From assembly GCA_050049995.1 (NCBI GenBank), contig JASFVE010000019.1, positions 1 to 27,664 on the forward strand: DNA of 27,664 nucleotides, read 5' to 3'. Positions 16,538 to 26,803 of the stretch are shown piece after piece. The translations under genes were made by a program, and so were the position numbers. This stretch comes from Chlamydiota bacterium. Its GTDB lineage: Bacteria; Chlamydiota; Chlamydiia; Chlamydiales; SM23-39. Position 1 is the stretch's first letter, and the number at the start of each line of letters is the position of its first letter. The notes beneath the pieces were generated by a model. It was not told the DNA's origin, did not search any database, and saw nothing but the letters and a program-made list of their open reading frames with translations.

Positions 16538-17083
16538 TTATTTCTTTTCGTTAAATACCCGTTCTCCGACTTTCCAGATAATAATCAAACCAACGGCAAT
16601 AGAAATGCATACTAAAAATGGAAAAGGTGGCCAGTTAATAACTGATTGAATATGACGATGTACAAAACCAATAGCAAGAGCACACCACCATGCAAGCTGT
16701 GATATAAAAAGACCCAACACTAAATGAAACATTGTAATATTTGGAACATGCTCTCCTTTTTTATAGTTTTGGATTTTTTCATGAATTTTATGCAAAAAAA
16801 CTCCATTGATCCCAATAAGAGCTACAAAGAAAAGTTTAATGACCATTAAATTATCTATTTCTCCCTTGAGGTAAATCAAAGGAATCCCTGACATGATCAT
16901 TATTACCCATCCAAGCCAGATAAAATTTTTTGTTTCATTACTTATGCTTACTAAGTGTGGAAAACGAATTCTATTAAAAATCCAAAGCAAGCCGAAAAGA
17001 TCTGTGACAATCACGGAGCCAAAAGCTAGAACGAGACCGACAATATGAAAAAATAATGAGATAAAAAAAGGCACTGTATTCAT
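16538..17083 (-). CDS. Multi-pass membrane protein, DUF6644/DUF2214-like
   Basis: H..GL.L..G.V...DL, K.......ING..LH and S...W patterns; about 5 TM. Confidence 0.65.
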   Translation of the reverse strand: MNTVPFFISLFFHIVGLVLAFGSVIVTDLFGLLWIFNRIRFPHLVSISNETKNFIWLGWVIMIMSGIPLIYLKGEIDNLMVIKLFFVALIGINGVFLHKIHEKIQNYKKGEHVPNITMFHLVLGLFISQLAWWCALAIGFVHRHIQSVINWPPFPFLVCISIAVGLIIIWKVGERVFNEKK

Positions 17084-17133
17084 ATTCTTTTTTATAAGCA
17101 GCCAATCGTTAAATTGCAAAAGAATGCTACTAT

Positions 17134-18060
17134 TTAGTTTGGGATAAAGTGAGTGATAATATTTTCCGCTGCTTTTTGAGCCATATTATAACGGCACTCT
17201 TTAGTAGCCGTCCCAATATGAGGGACAATTAAGCAGTTTTCAAAGGAGCACAAGGGATGGTCGTTAGCAATTGGCTCTGGGTCTGTTACATCGAGTGCGC
17301 AAGATCTGATCCAGCCTTTCTTGAGCGCTTCTACTAAAGCATCCGTATCTACAACAGATCCTCTTGCCATATTTACTAAAACAGGATTTTTCTCCATCAT
17401 TTGAAATTCTTTAGCAGCAATCATTTTATGAGTATCTTTTGTTAAAGGCACATGTAAAGAAATATAATCAGAGAGCTTTAACACCTCTTCGAAGCTTTTT
17501 TGCTCTATTCCTTTGTCACTTTCTTTTTTGGATCGATTGTAAAAAATAATATTAAGACCAAAGCCTAACGCCCTTTGAGCCACAGCTTGGCCAGTCCTTC
17601 CAAAACCTATTATCCCTAGTGTTTTTCCTCGAAGCTCTTCTCCCATAAAAAGCAAGGGGTCCGTCCCCTTCCACTTCCCTTGCAAAACATATTGATTAGA
17701 GGGAATGATTTGTCTAATTAAGCTGAGTAGAATCGCAAAAGTAAGGTCTGCTGTACTGTCTGTTACAATATCAGGAAGATTATATACGGAGATTTTTTTG
17801 TGCTTTGCTTGGTCTAAGTCGATGTTATTTAAGCCAATGGCATAATTAGAAATAACTTCAAGATATTTCGCTTTAGATAAAACCTCTTTATCTATGACAT
17901 CATTAAACATGGTAAGTATTGCATCATATTCAGATACCACCTTCATTAAAAGGGACTTACCAATAGGGTGATCACCTGTAAATTCATCTACACGAAAGTA
18001 AGGTGTCAACATTTCACGCGCAATAGAAGGTATTTTTCTTGTTATAAAAACTTTTTTCAT
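17134..18060 (-). CDS. D-2-hydroxyacid dehydrogenase (glyoxylate reductase / D-glycerate dehydrogenase)
   Basis: GIIGFGRTG Rossmann motif, SDYISLHVPLT, NMARG, ALDVTDPEP, PHIGTAT. Confidence 0.93.
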   Translation of the reverse strand: MKKVFITRKIPSIAREMLTPYFRVDEFTGDHPIGKSLLMKVVSEYDAILTMFNDVIDKEVLSKAKYLEVISNYAIGLNNIDLDQAKHKKISVYNLPDIVTDSTADLTFAILLSLIRQIIPSNQYVLQGKWKGTDPLLFMGEELRGKTLGIIGFGRTGQAVAQRALGFGLNIIFYNRSKKESDKGIEQKSFEEVLKLSDYISLHVPLTKDTHKMIAAKEFQMMEKNPVLVNMARGSVVDTDALVEALKKGWIRSCALDVTDPEPIANDHPLCSFENCLIVPHIGTATKECRYNMAQKAAENIITHFIPN

Positions 18061-18127
18061 GGGCTTTTTTTGCGTTGCATAAAGGAATAACATTTATTAT
18101 CTTGAATTTAATAAAAGCAAGAGAATT

Positions 18128-19519
18128 ATGCAAAAAGGCAGGTCAATTGGGGTTTTCCCATTAGCTATGATTAATGTTGCAGCTATCTGTAATATTAAAA
18201 ACTTTCCCTTAACAGCTGAATATGGACTTGCTTCCCTATTCTTCTTTACATTAGCAGCTCTTATTTATTTTATTCCTGTTTCTTTGATTTCAGCAGAGCT
18301 TGCCACAGGCTGGCCAGAGCGAGGGGTTTACCAGTGGGTTACCGTAGCTATGGGAAAAAGGATGGGATTTTTAGCGATCTGGCTTCAGTGGATAGAAAAT
18401 ATCATATGGTATCCTACCGTTTTATCTTTTATAGCAGCAACTTTTGCCTACATTTTTAACCCATCTTTAGCCACCAACCAAACATATATTTTCTTAGTTG
18501 TTATTATTAGTTTCTGGATGATGACCTTTGTCAACTTTCTCGGAATGAAAGCATCTGGGTTTGTAAGCTCTATTAGCGCCCTTTTCGGGACAATTTTGCC
18601 TGGTGCTCTAATTATCTTACTTGGCTTTATTTGGATGGCAAAAGGAAATCCTTCTCATATATCTTTTGAAGCTAAAAACCTATTTCCTGATTTAAGCTCT
18701 ATCAATGAAATTGCCATACTAGCGGGAGTCTTGCTTTCTTTTGCTGGAATGGAAATGTCTGCTGTTCATGCTAAAGAAGTTGACAACCCTAAAAAGAACT
18801 ACCCTAAGGCTATCTTCTTGTCAGCATCTATTATTTTAATTTTATATACCATTGGATCGCTATCTATCGGCATAGTCGTCCCTAAAGGAGAAATAGAACT
18901 CGCTTCTGGATCCATTGAAGCATTTAGAAAGTTCTTTGATGCTTTTAATATCTCATGGGCAGTCCCTATTGTTGCCACTATTATGACAATAGGAGGACTG
19001 GGGATGATTGGTACATGGATAGTAGGTCCGAGCAAAGGGGTGTACGCCTCAGCATTAGATGGAGAGCTCCCCCCCTTATTTCAAAAAACAAATAAGCGGA
19101 AAATGCCAACATCTCTCATGATATTTCAAGCTGTTGTTGTTTCTATTTTATCAACAGTTTTTTTATTTATGCCTGATGTAAGCAGTTCCTACTGGATATT
19201 GATTGACTTGACTGCCCAGCTTTATTTAATTATGTACATACAACTGTTTATGGCTGGAATTATTTTAAGATACAAATACCCTGATGTAAAAAGATCTTAT
19301 CGAGTTCCTTTGGGTAACAAGGGCATGTGGACTGTAGGTGTTATAGGAATATGTGGCGCTATTTTCACCATAATAGTGGGATTTTTTCCTCCTTCAAACC
19401 TCGCAGGCTCTACTCTGCCTGTATATGAGTCTTTTCTAATAGGAGGTATTATTCTTTTTTGTGCTATCCCCTTACTTATCCACTATTTCAAAAAAGAGTC
19501 TTGGAAAAACTTAAAGTAA
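18128..19519 (+). CDS. APC-superfamily amino acid permease (GadC-like)
   Basis: FIPVSLISAELATGWP..GVYQWV, FAGMEMSAVHA.EV.NP...YPKA, WIVGPSKG; about 12 TM. Confidence 0.9.
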   Translation: MQKGRSIGVFPLAMINVAAICNIKNFPLTAEYGLASLFFFTLAALIYFIPVSLISAELATGWPERGVYQWVTVAMGKRMGFLAIWLQWIENIIWYPTVLSFIAATFAYIFNPSLATNQTYIFLVVIISFWMMTFVNFLGMKASGFVSSISALFGTILPGALIILLGFIWMAKGNPSHISFEAKNLFPDLSSINEIAILAGVLLSFAGMEMSAVHAKEVDNPKKNYPKAIFLSASIILILYTIGSLSIGIVVPKGEIELASGSIEAFRKFFDAFNISWAVPIVATIMTIGGLGMIGTWIVGPSKGVYASALDGELPPLFQKTNKRKMPTSLMIFQAVVVSILSTVFLFMPDVSSSYWILIDLTAQLYLIMYIQLFMAGIILRYKYPDVKRSYRVPLGNKGMWTVGVIGICGAIFTIIVGFFPPSNLAGSTLPVYESFLIGGIILFCAIPLLIHYFKKESWKNLK

Positions 19520-20491
19520 CCACCAACTCGCTAGTGTAAGATAAAGAAGAGTTGTTAAAATATCAGCAAACATTAAAACAACAGGACCCGAAGCTACTTT
19601 AGGATCCAATCGCGTCGTATGAAGAAAAATAGGGATTAAAATACCAAAAGATACGGATGTAGTAATTCCAATAGTAATGCCTGAAGCAATGGTGAAAGAA
19701 GCTAAAAAGCCATCCCCCCAAAATAAGGAAATTCCTCCCACAAAAAGTCCACAAGACACGGCAACAACGATCATAACTTGCCACTCTTTAAAAACAGTCT
19801 TCAAAGCCTGAGAGAGTTTAAATTTAGGCCTTCGTAAAAATTGAAGACTCTGCGTCATAGACTGCATTGAAGTTGATTCACTCAAAGTAAGCACAAGTGG
19901 AATGAACATGGCAAGCATCAAAAATCGACTTAAGACCTGTTCATTAATCCTAGATATAATAGCACAAATTACACCTGCAAAAATGTTGCAAAAAAGCCAT
20001 GGCATCCTTAGGCGATAATGCTTCCACATGGAAACTTTTTTCTCTTCTTCTATCGTGACACCAATCATTTGAAAGACATCTTGTCTATGCTGAGCATCGG
20101 CTACATCAAATGATTCTTCTGTATAGGTTCCAACATCTATCATCCCCACTAAATGCCCTTCTTGATCAACGACGGGCAAAGCTAGCAGGTTTCTATGAGC
20201 AAAGACTTCCATAGCATCTTGCAGGGTCTTGTCTGACTGTACTTTAATAATAGACGTTTCCATTACAGAAGAAATCTTAAGTGTGGGATCACAAAATAAA
20301 AGCTTTCTAGTAGGAACTACTCCTACCAGCTTATTTTCCTCATCAATCACATAAAAATAAGAAATTGTATGTGTAACATCTTTATTTCTTAGAGATTGAA
20401 TGGCCTCTTCAATCGTCTGATTCATGTTAATAACCGTTTTTACAGGTTCAACAAAATCAGTAACACGCCTTTTAAAATCTTGATGATTCAT
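19511..20491 (-). CDS. mgtE: MgtE-family magnesium transporter (CBS pair plus TM domain, lacking the N-domain)
   Basis: YFYVIDE..KLVGVV, LLALPVVD..G.LVG, R.PWL, FIPL, DPKVASGP....ADI. Confidence 0.9.
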   Translation of the reverse strand: MNHQDFKRRVTDFVEPVKTVINMNQTIEEAIQSLRNKDVTHTISYFYVIDEENKLVGVVPTRKLLFCDPTLKISSVMETSIIKVQSDKTLQDAMEVFAHRNLLALPVVDQEGHLVGMIDVGTYTEESFDVADAQHRQDVFQMIGVTIEEEKKVSMWKHYRLRMPWLFCNIFAGVICAIISRINEQVLSRFLMLAMFIPLVLTLSESTSMQSMTQSLQFLRRPKFKLSQALKTVFKEWQVMIVVAVSCGLFVGGISLFWGDGFLASFTIASGITIGITTSVSFGILIPIFLHTTRLDPKVASGPVVLMFADILTTLLYLTLASWWLL

Positions 20492-20560
20492 AAAAATTTT
20501 ATTTAGTGTTTATTTTTTTTAATAGCTAAGTACACTTTAAACATCAATTGGGTTTTGGCT

Positions 20561-21313
20561 ATGAAAGATACATCTTTTGAAAAATCAAGTAAATGGTATA
20601 CCTCTTGTGTTGGTAAAACTGGGCATTATTATCACAAAAATGTCATTCTTCCCCATTTACTACAATCAGACACATATACCGCAAAAAGTAAAATTTTAGA
20701 TATTGCATGCGGACAGGGTATTTTAGAAAGGGCATTGCCGAAGCAGGTTCAATACGTTGGGCTCGATCTTTCTAAACAGCTAGTTAAATTTGCTGAAAAA
20801 ATGAAAATAGCTAAGCATCATCTTTTTTTAGAAGCTGATGCTACTAAAGACTGGCCTCTTAAGGATAAGGACTTCACGCACGCTTTTGTTATTTTAGCTC
20901 TTCAAAATATTGAGCAGGGAGAAAAAGTAATTAAAAATGCCTCCAAGCACCTTTTGAAAAATGGCAAGTTAACCATTGTTCTCAATCATCCAGCCTTTAG
21001 AATCCCAAGGCAAAGCGCATGGGAAGAAGATACGCAAAAACGACTACAATATAGAAGAGTTGACCTGTATATGTCCCCTCTTAAAATACCTATTGTTACA
21101 ACTCCTCATAAAGGGGAAAAATCTGCTGTTACCTATAGTTTTCATCATCCTATTTCTACGTATTTTAACTGGTTTCACCAAAATGGATTTTGCGTGGAGA
21201 ATATTAGCGAGCTATGTTCAGATAAAAAAAGTTCTGGTAAAAAGGCTAAAATGGAAAATCGGGCTCGCAAAGAATTCCCCCTTTTTATGACAATCGTTGC
21301 AAGGAAAAAATAG
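20561..21313 (+). CDS. Class I SAM-dependent methyltransferase
   Basis: ILDIACGQG motif I, GLDLS, ADAT, ILALQNI, LNHPAFR. Confidence 0.88.
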   Translation: MKDTSFEKSSKWYTSCVGKTGHYYHKNVILPHLLQSDTYTAKSKILDIACGQGILERALPKQVQYVGLDLSKQLVKFAEKMKIAKHHLFLEADATKDWPLKDKDFTHAFVILALQNIEQGEKVIKNASKHLLKNGKLTIVLNHPAFRIPRQSAWEEDTQKRLQYRRVDLYMSPLKIPIVTTPHKGEKSAVTYSFHHPISTYFNWFHQNGFCVENISELCSDKKSSGKKAKMENRARKEFPLFMTIVARKK

Positions 21314-21314
21314 T

Positions 21315-23132
21315 ATGTGCGGAATTTTTGGCTATATAGGGAAAAGCGCTGTCGAAATGTGCTTGCAAGGGCTTAAGCTTTTGGAGTACCGAGGCTATGA
21401 CTCTTCTGGCATAGCCTATATTAAAGATAGCTCTCTTTATATACAAAAAGCAATCGGACCGCTTAATAATTTGGAAAAAAAAGCTCCGCAAGGAAAGGAA
21501 GAGGTGCCTATCATCGGCCATACAAGATGGGCAACACATGGAGCTGCAAACCTAGAAAATGCTCATCCTCATACCGATGTCACTCAATCCCTTGCCATTG
21601 TCCATAATGGTATTATAGAAAACTACGCGGAACTTCGTGAAAAGTTTCAATTTAAACAGCTTGCCTCAGAGACCGATACAGAAATTATAGCCTGTTTAAT
21701 CAGACATTTTTATAAAAAGGATCTTTTACAAGCAGTTATCAAAACCCTACAATTACTCAAAGGGTCTTATGCTTTAGCAATTATTCACAAAGACTTCCCA
21801 GATCAAATTATAGCTACCTGCAATCAAAGTCCACTAGCTATAGGTTACTCCGAAAATCAGGCTTTTGTTGCTTCTGATGTACATGCCTTTTCAGGCATAA
21901 ACCTCCACTCTGTTATTCTAAAAGATCAAGAAGTAGCTGTAATAAAAAAAGGAAAGGTCCTTTTTTTTAACCAATCCTTGCAATCTATAGAAAAAAAAGC
22001 GGAAAAAATCTTTATTGACCATAATAGCATCTCTAAGCAAGGTTTTCAGCACTTTATGATGAAAGAAATTCATGAACAGCCTATTACCTTTCAAAATGCA
22101 ATTGCTAACAGATTTTCTCTAGAGACAGGACAAGTTTTTTTTCATGAGTTGAAAGATTTAGAGCCCCTACTAAAAGAAATAAACCATGTAATTATTGTAG
22201 GTTGTGGAAGCTCGTGGCATGCTGGCCTAATGGGGTCCCAGCTAATAGAAAAAAAAGCACATATTTTAACTACTTGTGAAATTGCCTCGGAGTTTCGCTA
22301 TAAGGAACCTCTTCTTTCTAAAAAAAGCCTAGTTTTTGCTATTAGTCAGTCGGGAGAGACGGCGGATACAGTAGCTGCTGTCAAAATTGCAAAAGAAAAA
22401 GGTGCTACTATTATTGGTATTTGCAATAAGGAAAATTCCTCTTTAGAAAGAGAGGCTGATAAAACTGTCTTTTTACATGCAGGACCTGAAATCAGTGTTT
22501 GTTCAACTAAAGCTTTCCTCTCGCAATTAGCAGTTCTTTCTTTATTAGCTAACTATTTAGGAAGTATCAATAAAACTTTATCAACGGAAAGTATTTCTAA
22601 GTATTTGCATGAACTCGCGCAAATGCCTCTCAAAATCCAACAAGTATTATCTAATAAAGATCAGCTGGAAAAACTTGCCTCTAAATATAGTCACTACAGT
22701 CAGATGCTTTTTATTGGAAGAAATTTAATGGCGGCAGCCTCACTAGAGGCGGCGCTTAAACTCAAGGAAATTTCTTATATTAACGCCCAAGCATATCCAG
22801 CAGGAGAACTTAAGCATGGACCTATTGCCCTGCTAGATGAAACCTTGCCTGTCATTGGGCTATGCTTAAATTCTCTGACCTTAGAAAAAACAGTAAGCAA
22901 CCTAATGGAAGCAAAAGCACGAAATGCCCCTGTTATCTGCTTTACTTATAAAAATATGAAAGATATCTCTTCAACATTTCAAGACACTATCTATCTCCCT
23001 CCAACAATAGATGATTTAGCCCCTTTTACAACCTGTACAGCCACACAACTCTTTGCTTATTTTGTGGCTAAAAAAAGAAACTGCAACATTGACAAACCTC
23101 GAAATCTTGCCAAATCAGTCACTGTAGAATAA
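21315..23132 (+). CDS. glmS: Glutamine--fructose-6-phosphate aminotransferase
   Basis: N-terminal MCGI (start moved to 21315), LEYRGYDSSG, GHTRWATHG, SQSGETADT, ELKHGP, PRNLAKSVTVE. Confidence 0.98.
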   Translation: MCGIFGYIGKSAVEMCLQGLKLLEYRGYDSSGIAYIKDSSLYIQKAIGPLNNLEKKAPQGKEEVPIIGHTRWATHGAANLENAHPHTDVTQSLAIVHNGIIENYAELREKFQFKQLASETDTEIIACLIRHFYKKDLLQAVIKTLQLLKGSYALAIIHKDFPDQIIATCNQSPLAIGYSENQAFVASDVHAFSGINLHSVILKDQEVAVIKKGKVLFFNQSLQSIEKKAEKIFIDHNSISKQGFQHFMMKEIHEQPITFQNAIANRFSLETGQVFFHELKDLEPLLKEINHVIIVGCGSSWHAGLMGSQLIEKKAHILTTCEIASEFRYKEPLLSKKSLVFAISQSGETADTVAAVKIAKEKGATIIGICNKENSSLEREADKTVFLHAGPEISVCSTKAFLSQLAVLSLLANYLGSINKTLSTESISKYLHELAQMPLKIQQVLSNKDQLEKLASKYSHYSQMLFIGRNLMAAASLEAALKLKEISYINAQAYPAGELKHGPIALLDETLPVIGLCLNSLTLEKTVSNLMEAKARNAPVICFTYKNMKDISSTFQDTIYLPPTIDDLAPFTTCTATQLFAYFVAKKRNCNIDKPRNLAKSVTVE

Positions 23133-23205
23133 GCAAAAAAGTTCCTTTGAAAAAACATTCTCCCTAGCTAATGTCTGGTTTAAGAGCAGATCATTGTATA
23201 AAGCT

Positions 23206-24669
23206 ATGAAATATAGAACCAAACTCACTCTTGCCTTAATGATGCTAGCCATTATAAGTAATGGCATTGCGACTTCTATTTTATACTTCCAAGTCAAAAA
23301 AATGACTTTTTCCGAACTACAGAGCAAAGCTATTTCTATAGTAGCTACGGTGACCTCATTTATCGATGGTGAGAATTTAGTGCAATTTCGAGAAAATCCT
23401 AAAGAAGAAGACCCATATTATAAAATACTGAGATCAAAACTGATTAAATCACTCAATGCCAACAAACGAAAAGATTTCGTGGTTTCTTTTATTTACCTTT
23501 TTTCTAAATCAGCTAATAACCCAGAAAAAATTGTTGTAGAAGTAGATACTAAAACAGAACAAGAAAGACTCCAAGCTGGACATCCCCTTGTAAGAGAGCA
23601 AGAATTCTTAAAGTCAGATGAAATCGAAATGATTGGAGAATATGGCGTTTCCAAAAAATTCTACACAAATCAGTTTGGAACATGGCTAACGGCTTTTGCT
23701 CCTATAATGGATGCTCAAGGAAATACTGTAGGTTTTTTAGGAACCAACATTAGAGGCTCTAATATTATCAGCCACTTAAATGAGCTTCTAATAAGCTGCT
23801 TAATTTCTTTAGGGTTTTCTCTTGTTGCAGCATTTGGGCTTGCCCAAATATTAGTCAGAAAAATCAGCAAGCCGCTAGATACTATTTGCACTACTGTCCA
23901 TGAAATTGGCAAAGGTAATTTAAAAGCACGTTCTAGCTACAAAACAGACGATGAGTTTGGTGAACTGTCAAAAAACATCAACACCATGGCACTTGGCTTA
24001 GAAGAAAGACAAAGATTAAAAAATAACTTCACCCGCTATGTTTCTAAAGATGTGTTAGAGCTTATTTTACAACAAAAAGACATTTCTAAAATTTCCCATG
24101 AAAGAAAAAAAATCACCGTTTTATTTTCTGATATACGCTCTTTCTCTAAACTATCTGAAAACTTGCCCCCTGAAGAAGTGGTGAAACTTTTAAATGAGTA
24201 CTTTCATGAAATGATATCCATCATTTTCAAGTATCGAGGTACCCTTGATAAAATCTTAGGAGATGGCCTCATGATAATATTTGGAGCTCCTCTAGATGAC
24301 GACAAACAAGAAGAAATGGCTCTCAAAGCAGCAGTAGAAATGCAAGCAAAGCTAAAAGAGTTGGGAGAGAAATGGAAAAAAGAAAATCGTCCACAACTTT
24401 CCATGGGCATCGGCATTCATACAGGTCCTGCTGTAACAGGCAATTTAGGGTCAGAAAAGCACCTAGAATATACTGCTATCGGTAAAGCTGTAAATTTAGC
24501 CTATCAAATAGAAAAAAATACTAAAAAACTAAACTGCCCTATTTTAATAAGTGAATCAACTTTGTCCCCCCTCAAAAATAAAGCCCAAGTTAAGGCTATG
24601 GGTAACTTAACTATTAAGGATAAAGAGACAGACCTTAAGATTTTCCACCTTCTAGATTTAGAGAGTTAA
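23206..24669 (+). CDS. Membrane sensor-HAMP class III adenylate/guanylate cyclase
   Basis: Two TM segments flank an extracytoplasmic Cache-like region. HAMP segment (PL..I......IG.GNL...DEFGEL...IN.M), then LFSDIRSFS, DKILGDGLM..FGAP, MGIGIHTG, YTAIG..VN. Confidence 0.92.
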   Translation: MKYRTKLTLALMMLAIISNGIATSILYFQVKKMTFSELQSKAISIVATVTSFIDGENLVQFRENPKEEDPYYKILRSKLIKSLNANKRKDFVVSFIYLFSKSANNPEKIVVEVDTKTEQERLQAGHPLVREQEFLKSDEIEMIGEYGVSKKFYTNQFGTWLTAFAPIMDAQGNTVGFLGTNIRGSNIISHLNELLISCLISLGFSLVAAFGLAQILVRKISKPLDTICTTVHEIGKGNLKARSSYKTDDEFGELSKNINTMALGLEERQRLKNNFTRYVSKDVLELILQQKDISKISHERKKITVLFSDIRSFSKLSENLPPEEVVKLLNEYFHEMISIIFKYRGTLDKILGDGLMIIFGAPLDDDKQEEMALKAAVEMQAKLKELGEKWKKENRPQLSMGIGIHTGPAVTGNLGSEKHLEYTAIGKAVNLAYQIEKNTKKLNCPILISESTLSPLKNKAQVKAMGNLTIKDKETDLKIFHLLDLES

Positions 24670-24794
24670 ACCTTTTTTTTAATAAATGTTGTAATTAAAT
24701 TAACAGATCCCTCCAAGCTAGCAAAAGAGTCTTTGAATTAAAAACACCACATATTAAGCTATCTCGCTAATTTTCTAATTAAAAGAGAAATAAT

Positions 24795-25724
24795 ATGAGC
24801 GTACAAGAAATATCACATACAATTAATTTACATCCAAATGAACATGCTTCAACTGTTGAAAGACTGTACCAAGATGCAAGCAATTCAGTTTTTACACTTT
24901 TGGATATAACTTCTTTGGAAAGTTTTGAAGCAGCTTCTTCAAAAGCTTTAGTTTATGTCACTAATTATAAAATAGAAGTAATTAGACTAGATAAAATTAA
25001 AACCCTTATCAAAGCATTACACGAGAAACTTAACCCTGAAATGCATGCAAAAGAAAGGCAAATGCTTGAAAAAATTCAAGTTAAAGTAGAACTAAAAACA
25101 ATTTTTCCCAAAAAATTACAATTACTAAAATCAAATGTTTCAGAAATAAGAAAATCAATACTCGAAGCATTAAAGTCTTTAGATAGCTCAACAATAGAAA
25201 ATCTTAAATTAATTACTGCTCCCAAATTTTTTGAAGAGATTTTTGAAATACTTGAGATTTATGAAAATCTAATAAATCATCCTCATTTAGGCTCTTATCT
25301 TTTTGACTTAGTTACAAATGGGAAAGTAGATATAATTTTTGAAGCAATTGATCTTGTTGAACCGTTTTCATCCACTATAGGGTCCGCTTTTCAAGACGTT
25401 AAGTTTGGTCTTCTTGCTATAGCTTTATGTAAAGCTGGAAACTGGGGTATGGCTCGTAAAGCACTGGAGTGTGAAAAACCATCAAGTAGAGATTATACTC
25501 TTGAAGATATAGTTGCACAATTAAGCGATGCCGGAAACTGGGATATAGCTACTAAAGCATTGAATCTTATTTCTGATAATGTGAGTAGAAGGTTTGCCCT
25601 TGAAAGTTTTGCTAAAGAGTTAAGTAAATTAGAGAAGAGTAAAGCTATTAAAGTAACAAATCTCATCTCTAATGAAATGGCTAGAAATACCCTTTTTACA
25701 GACATTGTTACGCATTTAAAATGA
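24795..25724 (+). CDS. Paralog A of a tandem family: F-box-like N-terminus plus TPR-like helical repeats; candidate effector
   Basis: LYQDASNSVFTLLDITSLESFEAASSK and repeats of AGNW..A.KAL; clearly homologous to the next two ORFs. Confidence 0.75.
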   Translation: MSVQEISHTINLHPNEHASTVERLYQDASNSVFTLLDITSLESFEAASSKALVYVTNYKIEVIRLDKIKTLIKALHEKLNPEMHAKERQMLEKIQVKVELKTIFPKKLQLLKSNVSEIRKSILEALKSLDSSTIENLKLITAPKFFEEIFEILEIYENLINHPHLGSYLFDLVTNGKVDIIFEAIDLVEPFSSTIGSAFQDVKFGLLAIALCKAGNWGMARKALECEKPSSRDYTLEDIVAQLSDAGNWDIATKALNLISDNVSRRFALESFAKELSKLEKSKAIKVTNLISNEMARNTLFTDIVTHLK

Positions 25725-26161
25725 GTACAACCTTAGTCCCTACACAACCAAAAACGAATTTTCAAGATTTACATCCGAATGAAGTTGATTCAGTTTTGGA
25801 GTTTTTAAATCTACAATCTTTAGAAAGTTTTGAAGCCGTTTCTTTACAAAGTTTAACTGATGTTTTTAGATATAAAATGCATTCTATTCATCCGGATAAA
25901 ATTAAAAATTTTATCTACACCTTGCGCGCAGGACTTGATCCCAAAAAATACAGAGAAGAAAGAAAGATGCTTGAAAAAATTCAAGTTAAAATAAAAGTAA
26001 AAGCAACCTTTCCTAAGAATGTATACATACTAAAATTAAATACTATAAAAAAATCAATACTCGAAGCATTAACGTCTTTAGATATCTCAACAATACAAAG
26101 TCTTAAATTCATTGCTGCTCCCAGATTTTTTGAAGAGATTTTTGAAATACTTGAGATTTAT
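25151..26161 (+). repeat. Near-identical block shared by paralogs A and B (25151-25262 and 26050-26161)
   Basis: 112 bp with about 7 mismatches by eye; further shared blocks continue downstream. Confidence 0.9.
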
Positions 26162-26545
26162 CGAAATGTACTAGGTCACCCATATTTAGATTCTTATCTT
26201 TTTGCCTTAGATACGAATAAGAAAGTAGATATAATTTTTGAAGCAATGGAACTTCTTAATCCGCTTAAAATTTCTATGGGACCCTTATTCCTCGATGCTA
26301 AGTTTGGTCTTCTTGCTATTGCTTTAAGTAAAGCTGGAAACTGGAATATGGCTTATAAAGCACTGAATCTTATTTCTGATAATCAAAGAAGCTATGCCCT
26401 TGAAGGCTTTGCTGAAGAGTTAAGCAAATTAGAGGAAAATAAAGCTCTTGAAGTAACAAACCTCATCTCTGATGAAAGGACTAGAAATGAGATTCTCTCC
26501 CTAACTCAACGACTTTCTCACAATTTAAGTAAAGAAAAAGAGTAA
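25721..26545 (+). CDS. Paralog B of the tandem family: F-box-like N-terminus plus TPR-like repeats
   Basis: FQDLHPNEVDSVLEFLNLQSLESFEAVS resembles the F-box consensus. ATGA overlap with paralog A. Confidence 0.75.
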   Translation: MSTTLVPTQPKTNFQDLHPNEVDSVLEFLNLQSLESFEAVSLQSLTDVFRYKMHSIHPDKIKNFIYTLRAGLDPKKYREERKMLEKIQVKIKVKATFPKNVYILKLNTIKKSILEALTSLDISTIQSLKFIAAPRFFEEIFEILEIYRNVLGHPYLDSYLFALDTNKKVDIIFEAMELLNPLKISMGPLFLDAKFGLLAIALSKAGNWNMAYKALNLISDNQRSYALEGFAEELSKLEENKALEVTNLISDERTRNEILSLTQRLSHNLSKEKE

Positions 26546-26803
26546 AAAGAGTTTGATGAAAACTTATTTTCTAAACTCTACTATTTTTATAAGTTTCAAA
26601 TCTTAATTTCACGATTATTCACAAAAAAAACCTTATCTTAAAACAGCTAGAGCAAAGAGCTAGCTTTTACATTCAAATAATATCTTTATTTAATAACTCT
26701 TTAAAATTAAATAAATATTTAAACTAAAAATATATAAATTTGTAATTTAATAATAAAAATATTAAAATAATAAACTTTAACCCTAAATTAAGGTAAATAC
26801 TAT

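Noticed and set aside
18128..19519. GadC-like permease as part of an acid-resistance system
   Set aside because: No amino acid decarboxylase gene is adjacent, and the substrate cannot be assigned.
21290..21320. glmS ribozyme upstream of glmS
   Set aside because: Only 1 bp separates the methyltransferase stop from the glmS ATG, leaving no room.
18799..21539. Short ORFs 18799-19035, 19599-19784, 20976-21290 and 21285-21539
   Set aside because: Each is nested in or antisense to a well-supported gene.
23115..25705. Short minus-strand ORFs 23115-23327, 23715-23912, 24204-24416 and 25493-25705
   Set aside because: Antisense shadows of the cyclase gene and paralog A.
26543..26670. Possible premature stop in paralog B (frame continues KEFDEN...) and a weak AGCTAG/CTAGCT hairpin
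   Set aside because: The continuation resembles the repeat for only about 4 residues, and the 6-bp stem with a 9-nt loop is too weak to call.
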